Position numbers and translations under genes: made by a program. 41,315 nt of DNA from Amoebophrya sp. A120 (Eukaryota; Protista; Dinoflagellata): contig CAJINV010000021.1 of NCBI GenBank assembly GCA_905178155.1, positions 1 through 41,315 of the forward strand, given 5' to 3'. The notes below the pieces were generated by a model that was not told the origin of the DNA, did no database searches, and saw only the letters and a list, made by a program, of their open reading frames with translations. Shown here in pieces: positions 32,565-41,315 of this stretch (its first letter is position 1; the number at the start of each line of letters is the position of its first letter).

Positions 32565-34216
32565 GTTGTGGCGCACAAGCACGGGAGGGTGGCTGTTGTC
32601 AGTTCCCGATGCCTCCTCTGGCAGAAGTGTTAAGATGAAGCGAGTAAGTAAGTAGTTAACGTACTTTTTTTTCAATGCAAGCTGACAGTTTTTCATTTTT
32701 GAGTTACGCCCGCAACGAGTTCCGCCCGCAACCACATTCCTGTGACCTCACGCACGACACGGGGTCCTTGCCCATGTACTTTGCTTTGTTTCCAACTTCT
32801 GTTCTAGAAAGATGCACAGCATTTTCATGTTTGCGTTGCAAATACGTGATTTTAATCCATTAGGAAGAGTAGAAAAACAAACTTTTTGCCGTCAAGTAGT
32901 AAGTACTAACCTGCGAAGATCCCCACCCAGCTTTTGAATATGTTCCCCATGATTACTAAAGCTTTTTCTCTGTTCGCTTTTTTTTCTCGCTACTACGTCG
33001 TTCCAAATATTTTTTCTTTCTTTTAACGATGAAGAATCTACACCAAGAAAGAGCTTTCTTCCGGCCAACAGATCCCATTTTTCCCCGTTTACCTGCGACG
33101 TTTGGAAAGAAGCTGCGCAGTAGTTCTTCTTCCGTGTCGTTAGTAAGTACAATGTTTTTTGGACCCATGTGCGATGCCGCAAGAGGGCGCGGCCACCCTA
33201 CCACAGTGAATAAATTGTCCTCGTGCGTATCCCGCATCAGCCCTGTGAGGACAAGCTCCGACTCCTGCGCTAGTGGTCAAAGAAAAAGTTTCGCTCCTGC
33301 CAAGACGATGCTGGTGACCAATGTACTTAATTGAAAACCCCAATATGAGAAAAAAACACTTCCGTGTCGAAAGAGTGACTGCGCTTCTTGCTCGAGGACA
33401 GAAATTACCGGTTCAGCTTAGTCCCATGTTCACTCTTTGCGTACTTCGCTGCGTCATCTTCGTGCAAGTGCAAGATGCGGAAGTAGTACGTAAGTCGTGA
33501 AATAAAATAAGCAAGCAGTAGACCACTCGTCTAGTATGAGGAAGGACACGTCTAGAAGGAAGAAGACAAGCTCGTACTTTCCACCTCTATTAAGCTATCG
33601 TATTCATAATTGTCGTGAAGATCTCAGTCCCGCTTCGTGGTCGTGCAGGAACCTCTTCTCTTCGTTCCCCTAAACGTCCTCGATTTCCGTAGTTCTAGCA
33701 GTTCTCGTCAACTTCCGTGGTTCTACAAAAAGTTCCGGGACGTGTTCTTCAGCGCCGGACTGGTTGATGTCGTGGTCACGAAAGAAGCACAAGCACGCCA
33801 TTACTTTTCTATCGTTTATTCGTCCTTCTCGTTGGCAAGGAATTCGTGCTAATAGTTCTCGTCCTGGTGTTGGTTTGCTGCCTAGTGTATGTCTGCAGCA
33901 CCACACTCCACCAATCCACCAATCGTTGAGCTCCTTTGCCGTTACCTCAAGTAGAGGTTCAAAAAGTTTAAGTTTGTGCTTGCATATTGGACGTGGCTCC
34001 CGATAGTGATACCCATGCAAGGCAACGAACTTACTTCCGTTTCAGGCTTTTCCATCCCCGCCCGACTTTGATTTGCACGATGTTTCACTGTAGGTTGTAT
34101 TTGCGGCACAGAAGTGAGCACCTTCCTGGAGGTCGTGTGTTATCATAGTACAACCTTGATGCCACTTTTCTACTAAAGGAGCAGCCTTCATCACTATACT
34201 TGCACGAGCCTAAATT

Positions 34217-37200
34217 ATGCCCCCTAAAACAAGTATATCTAGTTTACTCTACTCACATCAGCTGCAGATGAACAAATACAAGATGAGCCGTTCCAGCAGC
34301 CTCTGGTGGGGGAACATCAAGCTTTTTCCACCAATGTGCATTTATTTCCTCGCCTTGTTGGTCTCTGACGCTTATTTCTCCCCCGTGTCAAGAACTACAG
34401 GGTGGTCCTCGGAAGGAAATTGTGCAGGGCCTTCATGCAAGATGAAAGGGACACATTCTGTTTCTGCCACCACGTTCCTCTTCGCGCGAGCCGCGGTTTT
34501 GCGTGGAACAACTACCACCGGAGCAGTACTCCTAGAGGGGAGCACCAGGAATAATAGAGACGCGGACCGAGGAACGTTGACGGATACAACAGCTTCCAGT
34601 TCTACTGCGCAAATAAGGGCTTTTCCACACCTTGTCGTGGACGAGGACCCAACACGGAATAAACGAACAGCGAGCTCCACAAGGCTCGTCGGGGCAACAA
34701 GGCTCGACCGGAGGTCCAGTAGTTCGCGGGCAGGAGGTGCTAGCGAATCTACTTCATCGTTCCCTGTTCTGTTGATCAATAAGTCCAAGGAGGATAATAA
34801 GCAAAGCCCGTTGATGGTTGATGATGAAGATGTTGACCACATGATCGTGACCGGCAAACAAAAGGAGAAACAAGCCTGGTCGTCGTCCGCTTTCCTGACT
34901 AAAAAAGCCAAAAGCCGCACAGCAGTTGGAGCAAATGCTAACGAAAATCATCTGCGTGTTCTTGGTCGCACTGGTGGAGATCATGCCGACCACGACGTCG
35001 ACGACGCCGAAGTACAACTAGAACGACCATCCTATTCCCTTGCCCTGTCGGCGGTGGCCGAATTCGGCCACTTTACGGATACAGACGACTGCTTTTATCC
35101 ATGCGGGGAAAAGATGTCTCCTTCAGCATCTTTTCAAAATTTGACAACCTCTTTGGCAACCTCTTTGATGAGGTCTCCCAAGAGGCTATTAACTTAAGCT
35201 ATTCCGCATGGTATGGTGGATTTTGATGAACCTATTTGGGAACCTCTTTGGTGCGCCCAGACAGAGAATTGCTGACGAAAGTCAAAGGCTTTGACTTGCG
35301 CTCCAGCTGGCGGGTCGCCAGATGGTAAGCAAAGCCGTGCCTCTGGCGACACCTGTTTGCTTGCCTCTTTTGTGGCTCCGAAGATTGCGAAGATGCACCC
35401 TCAGCAAGTTTGCGAATTTTGAAAGACACGAAGAAGAATAGGCTGCACACCCTTTCCGCGGCTGTCGAAATTTGAAAAGATGCGCTGGTAGCATCTTTTC
35501 AAATTTTGGAAGCCACAGAAGACTGAGCTGACCTCCCTTTGCGTGGTTTCTCAAATTTGAAAAGATGCTCCTTCGGCATCTTTTCAAATCCTGAAAGCCA
35601 CAGAACAGCCAGCTGCCCTCCTCGTCTGCGGCATGTAAAATTTGAAAAGATGCTCCTTCAGCATCTTTTCGAATCTTGGCAACCTCAGGACAGAAAACGG
35701 ATCGGCTCTACTGCGGCTTCGAAGATTGAAAGGATGCTCCTTTAGCATCTTTTCGAATTTTGAAAACCACAGACGAGTAAGCCGACCCCGTGTTCTGCGG
35801 CTTCAAAAATTGAAAAGATGCTCCTTCAGCATCTTTTCAAATTTTGGAGGCCAAAGGCCACGCGCTTCAGATTTGAAAAGATGCTGAAAGGGCATCTTTT
35901 CAAATCTCAAGAACCACAGGAGAGCACAGCAGCTTTTTCGCCTGTTGGTTTTCAGATTTGAAAAGATGCGCCCCGAGGTATATTTCCCCGCTTCAGCCGT
36001 GTCCACATCTGAAAAGGTTGCGCCATGAAGCACGAGCCACCTCGTCAGGGGTTGCTCGCTCCTCAGGTCTCCCGGATCTCTCGACCCCTTTGGCTTCTCG
36101 GACAGCTGTGGTATGTGCGCGCCTCCCTATTCTACCTAGACCTCCCATTCCAGTTGGCTTTTCCGGGTTTCCCAGCGTACGCCGCCTGTCCTCATTTTAC
36201 TGGGTGCGCGCCAAGTCCTGAACCGCTAGGGGTTTGGGAAGCTGCGCAGAAGATGCGGTGGGCGCTGTTTCCGAATCAGGCCCAAGCCAGGCCGGGGCTG
36301 ATAAGAGGGGGGGCGCAGCCTTTCGCTTGGCTGCGCCTTGTCGAGGGTAAATTGGCCGGGGGCATTTTCCGCGTTTGTCGCTATTGCCGGGCGCCTTTCC
36401 TTACCTGCGCAAGCAGAGGCGCGCTCAGGGTCCATGGCCTCATATGATTGGGAGGCTCGTTTTGGATGGCTTTTCTTTTTGGGGTGTTTGGCTTGCGTTT
36501 CTGCCCCGGGCCTCGGGGCAGAAATAGAACAGCCCGGCTTGGCGCGTTTGCAAAGGCGGACGCGCAGCCGCCATCGAAGAGGCGCTACGCGATAATCGGT
36601 GAGGGCGCCGAGCAATCAACTGGCCAAAATTTGAAAAGATGGGCGAAAAGGTGGATATTTTAGGGCCTTCATTTACGGATACAGACGACTGCTTTTATCC
36701 ATGCGGGGGAGCCGACTCCACGGTGCGGGGCTGGCTGTGGGACGTGGGGCAATGCAAATATGATGGTAGTGCGTTTCTATACTTATCCTGTTTCTAACAT
36801 TCAATTCATCACCTTGTTTCTATTTATGGCCTTTCACGCTCTTTGTCATTGTCTTTGGATTAGTTTCGCGGCACTTTTTCGCACAAGCGTTTAGAAATCA
36901 TCATGGAAAATGGCGCGCGGAGTCGGAAACATTGAAAACGACGCCGAGCTCGACGGAACCGCATGAAGGGCGGCGGGGGGTTGGAACATCTGCGCGCGTC
37001 GTTGGGGCCACAGAAAGAGGAGGACTAGGCCGCGGGGCATACGCACGCGGGGCAGGAGGGAAAAAACGGAGGCGAAACGAGAACACGGGGCGCAGTACGA
37101 AAGTGGATCGAGAACCAACATGCTGGAGCAGGGGACAAGCGCGGAAAAGTAAGAAATCGGGAAAAAAAAAAAGCCGGATACCCGCGCAATTCCTCACATG

Positions 37201-37879
37201 TGAATAACATGGTGGGCGGGAGGGGTTCTTCACATTTTTGGAAACGCCCACCGCCCCGACTAGAATAGTTGAATGATGAAAAATTGGGGGCAGGGCAAAA
37301 AAAAATCCCCATCCTGACTCTGGTGTGGGGACGTTTTTACTCAGGATAAACGCAAGAACAAACGCAGCAGCTGCATCTTCTTCGCGGCGGAGCAGCTTCG
37401 TGAACCAGTTTGCCGCTGGTGAAGTAGCTGCCCCTTCGTCGAGGGGCTCGCGCCTGGTGGTGGAAGGCGTGAAAAGCCAAAAATCATCCGACGGAGGACT
37501 GGCGTCTGGAACTACACTGTTGGGAGCGGGAGGTGGTACTACAACCAATGCGACGCTTCCTTCGGTGCTTACCTTGCAGCGGGCGGGCACGGCCGACTTT
37601 TTCGTGCCGTCTTTCGAGGAAGAAGCGCATTTCGATCAGAACTACGACGAGAACAACTACGAGAAGGCCGGCGAGGAGAAAAATAGTATCTCACCACCTG
37701 CCAACGCCGACGAAGACGAGCTGCCCGTGGACGAAAATGCAAATGCAAACACTCCGGAAAATAATAAGCAGCCGGAGCAGGAAAAGACAGAACGAAAATC
37801 CGGTCGAAAAAAGTGCGGGGACAAACGCACAAAAACAGCGGCGACGAAAAAGAAATCCAATGCGAATGAAGATGTTTAA
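34217..37879 (+). CDS. Gene 8, putative secreted/surface protein interrupted by a 1.6 kb insertion; 3' exon structure uncertain and it may be a pseudogene
   Basis: ORF from 34217 with hydrophobic MCIYFLALLVSDAYF. The frame runs to HFTDTDDCFYPCG and resumes after the second direct repeat as GADSTVRGWLWDVGQCKYD. ORFs 36932-37207 and 37325-37879 are candidate later exons. Confidence 0.5.
35072..36708. mobile_element. 1600-bp insertion unit bounded by a perfect 37-bp direct repeat of exon sequence
   Basis: tttacggatacagacgactgcttttatccatgcgggg at 35072-35108 and 36672-36708; the interior is non-coding, with a palindrome array and a GC-rich block. Confidence 0.8.
35468..35970. repeat. Array of about 38-bp palindromes at about 85-bp spacing
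   Basis: aaatttgaaaagatgc-N7-gcatcttttcaaattt variants at about 35468, 35553, 35638, 35723, 35807 and 35869; a half copy at 35955; outlying partial copies at 35109, 35387 and 36627. Confidence 0.9.
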
Positions 37880-38844
37880 AGACCTACTTATTAGCTGGAG
37901 ATACAGAACAGAGTCTAAACATTTTGACTTTCCGAAATAAAGTATCTACCCGTAAGAACGCAAGATCAGTACTACGCCAAGACGAAATCGGCCGCACAAA
38001 AGAGGCTGTATTTTTGTTAGATTCGTTTTCGTTTTCGTCGCGTTATATTGGTTCATCACGCCTTGTTCTGCTCCAGTCTTGTTCTCGTGCCATTCCGAGG
38101 ACTTTCGCGAAGTCGCGTACTCTTCATCTTTCGTCCAGATTTTTCGTTCCCGTACCCGTTTATCATCGTGCAGAGTCTGAATCATTGATTTCATCATTGC
38201 AGACCGTGTTTGTATCGTCCTCGTTCATGACTTACTGTATTGTATTTACGGCCAACAAAACACCGAGGAAGTCGCCAAGTAGATCACGCCCAACTTTCAC
38301 AACATCTGACAGGCATTCAACCTCCCCCTTCCGACGGTGTATTTTTCGGCAAAAAATGATCTGGTAACCAAATGCGTGCGCGCGCGCGCGCGCAGAGCGC
38401 GCGCCGGCCCACGAAGCCGGCGCGCGCGCTCTGCGCGCTTGCGATATTGCTTAGCAAACGCAGCGCGAAGGCAGTTGCCGTTACCATATAGGGCAACCGC
38501 CGGGAGGCGTGAAGGCCAGGGAAATGGCCAGAAATGAAGCGGGAGAAGGGAAAAAAAGCGGACCAGATGGGAAAATGGCCAGGAGGTCAAAAATCTCGCA
38601 AAAATGGCAGAAACCAAGCGGGAGAAGGTGAAAAAAGAGCATTTATGCGATTTGGCCCACTTGATATCTGCAAAAGAGACGGAGTATTTTTTGCTCCGCC
38701 CGCTGGCCAGCTGCGTTGGAGCAGCAGGCCCGCGACCTGTCCGGAAGCCTTGGGCCGCTTCGTAACTGGAAAAAGTTGGAAAAAAATGGCAAAAAATTGC
38801 TTCATAACGTGGGTGGAAGCAATCGTCGGATTTTGTCCAGATCA

Positions 38845-40911
38845 CCCGGGCCACTGGGAAAATGAGAAAAGATGAAAAATTGCGCAAAAGCGCAATCCCT
38901 CCGCAGGCTTCAAAACTGCCAGTCAGATGCGGGCGGTAAAAATGTCCAGGTCGCCCGGGCCACTGGGAAAATGAGAAAAGATGAAAAATTGCGCAAAAGC
39001 GCAATCCCTCCGCAGGCTTCAAAACTGCCAGTCAGATGCGGGCGGTAAAAATGTCCAGGTCGCCCGGGCCACTGGGAAAATGAGAAAAGATGAAAAATTG
39101 CGCAAAAGCGCAATCCCTCCGCAGGCTTCAAAACTGCCAGTCAGATGCGGGCGGTAAAAATGTCCAGGTCGCCCGGGCCACTGGGAAAATGAGAAAAGAT
39201 GAAAAATTGCGCAAAAGCGCAATCCCTCCGCAGGCTTCAAAACTGCCAGTCAGATGCGGGCGGTAAAAATGTCCAGGTCGCCCGGGCCACTGGGAAAATG
39301 AGAAAAGATGAAAAATTGCGCAAAAGCGCAATCCCTCCGCAGGCTTCAAAACTGCCAGTCAGATGCGGGCGGTAAAAATGTCCAGGTCGCCCGGGCCACT
39401 GGGAAAATGAGAAAAGATGAAAAATTGCGCAAAAGCGCAATCCCTCCGCAGGCTTCAAAACTGCCAGTCAGATGCGGGCGGTAAAAATGTCCAGGTCGCC
39501 CGGGCCACTGGGAAAATGAGAAAAGATGAAAAATTGCGCAAAAGCGCAATCCCTCCGCAGGCTTCAAAACTGCCAGTCAGATGCGGGCGGTAAAAATGTC
39601 CAGGTCGCCCGGGCCACTGGGAAAATGAGAAAAGATGAAAAATTGCGCAAAAGCGCAATCCCTCCGCAGGCTTCAAAACTGCCAGTCAGATGCGGGCGGT
39701 AAAAATGTCCAGGTCGCCCGGGCCACTGGGAAAATGAGAAAAGATGAAAAATTGCGCAAAAGCGCAATCCCTCCGCAGGCTTCAAAACTGCCAGTCAGAT
39801 GCGGGCGGTAAAAATGTCCAGGTCGCCCGGGCCACTGGGAAAATGAGAAAAGATGAAAAATTGCGCAAAAGCGCAATCCCTCCGCAGGCTTCAAAACTGC
39901 CAGTCAGATGCGGGCGGTAAAAATGTCCAGGTCGCCCGGGCCACTGGGAAAATGAGAAAAGATGAAAAATTGCGCAAAAGCGCAATCCCTCCGCAGGCTT
40001 CAAAACTGCCAGTCAGATGCGGGCGGTAAAAATGTCCAGGTCGCCCGGGCCACTGGGAAAATGAGAAAAGATGAAAAATTGCGCAAAAGCGCAATCCCTC
40101 CGCAGGCTTCAAAACTGCCAGTCAGATGCGGGCGGTAAAAATGTCCAGGTCGCCCGGGCCACTGGGAAAATGAGAAAAGATGAAAAATTGCGCAAAAGCG
40201 CAATCCCTCCGCAGGCTTCAAAACTGCCAGTCAGATGCGGGCGGTAAAAATGTCCAGGTCGCCCGGGCCACTGGGAAAATGAGAAAAGATGAAAAATTGC
40301 GCAAAAGCGCAATCCCTCCGCAGGCTTCAAAACTGCCAGTCAGATGCGGGCGGTAAAAATGTCCAGGTCGCCCGGGCCACTGGGAAAATGAGAAAAGATG
40401 AAAAATTGCGCAAAAGCGCAATCCCTCCGCAGGCTTCAAAACTGCCAGTCAGATGCGGGCGGTAAAAATGTCCAGGTCGCCCGGGCCACTGGGAAAATGA
40501 GAAAAGATGAAAAATTGCGCAAAAGCGCAATCCCTCCGCAGGCTTCAAAACTGCCAGTCAGATGCGGGCGGTAAAAATGTCCAGGTCGCCCGGGCCACTG
40601 GGAAAATGAGAAAAGATGAAAAATTGCGCAAAAGCGCAATCCCTCCGCAGGCTTCAAAACTGCCAGTCAGATGCGGGCGGTAAAAATGTCCAGGTCGCCC
40701 GGGCCACTGGGAAAATGAGAAAAGATGAAAAATTGCGCAAAAGCGCAATCCCTCCGCAGGCTTCAAAACTGCCAGTCAGATGCGGGCGGTAAAAATGTCC
40801 AGGTCGCCCGGGCCACTTGGAAAATGAAAAAAGATAAAAAATTGCGCAAAAGCGCAATCCCTCCGCAGGCTTCAAAACTGCCAGTCAGATGCGGGCGGTG
40901 AAAATGTCCAG
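38845..40911. repeat. 109-bp tandem satellite, about 19 near-identical copies plus a degenerate copy to about 41015
   Basis: Unit cccgggccactgggaaaatgagaaaagatgaaaaattgcgcaaaagcgcaatccctccgcaggcttcaaaactgccagtcagatgcgggcggtaaaaatgtccaggtcg; identical ORFs recur every 109 nt; visible substitutions only in the terminal copies. Confidence 0.98.
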
Positions 40912-41191
40912 AGCCCTTCGGCCACCTAGAAACTTGAAAAAAAAGGTGAAGTGGGCGAAAGTCGAGAACCCTCAGCAGGCTTACAAACTGGCCACCAAGG
41001 GCGGTCCGGCGGGCGCGTGGTCGCGCCATACCGTCGGGATTGTGAAAAAAAAAACGCACTAGAAGCGGGCGGAGGGATGTCACAAAATCCCCGTTTGCCC
41101 TGGTTTGTGGGCACAAATCCTGCACCTCCGCCGCGTCTGAAATGCCCGATTTTGGTGGCCCGGAAGGGACCGCGGAGATTCGGCGTTCCGG

Positions 41192-41315
41192 ATACCTTCT
41201 TGGCCAGGAGGCCAGTTTGTCATGCAGGGGGCTAGAAAGGATGCCTCCTTGCGAAGGTGGATGGCCACATACCTTCTTGGCCAGGAGGCCAGTTTGTCAT
41301 GCAGGGGGCTAGAAA
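41192..41315. repeat. 47-bp direct repeat at 77-bp period, cut off by the window end
   Basis: ataccttcttggccaggaggccagtttgtcatgcagggggctagaaa at 41192-41238 and 41269-41315. Confidence 0.9.

Noticed and set aside
29844-32735. Long antisense and alternative-frame ORFs over gene 7
   Set aside because: Expected shadows of a GC-rich, Ala-rich coding sequence.
35468-35970. True CRISPR array
   Set aside because: Spacers are related to each other, repeats vary, one unit is inverted, no cas genes are present and the context is eukaryotic.
36895-36970. TGA read-through (Sec or Trp recoding) in gene 8
   Set aside because: A third frame is open across this region, and other gene models here end normally at TAA, TAG and TGA.
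38910-40875. Tandem 73-aa ORFs (MKPAEGLRF...)
   Set aside because: By-products of the 109-bp satellite: overlapping, non-ATG starts, and the period is not a multiple of 3.

Overview
Eukaryotic genomic DNA, most consistent with a syndinian dinoflagellate such as Amoebophrya (inferred from intron type and gene layout, not from a marker gene). About eight protein-coding genes all lie on the + strand. The main feature is ten 152-337 bp MITE-like elements inside coding sequence. Each starts TAT, ends ATA and has 16-31 bp terminal inverted repeats (TIRs); most have a recognisable 5-bp direct repeat. Removing element + 5 nt restores the reading frame in all ten cases, generally without a GT-AG pair. 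Homologous copies occur in both orientations relative to transcription, which points to structure-guided rather than splice-signal-guided removal. Rebuilt proteins include a Tudor-like/HEXXH metallopeptidase/lectin-like fusion, a membrane-anchored tandem F-type lectin and a likely inactive alpha/beta-hydrolase on an Ala-rich stalk. Also present: a 1.6 kb hairpin-array insertion with a 37-bp direct repeat inside an exon, a 1.65 kb inverted duplication joined at element TIRs (probably an assembly artefact beside an N), and a 109-bp satellite of about 19 copies near the right end. All gene models were built by hand, without transcript data.
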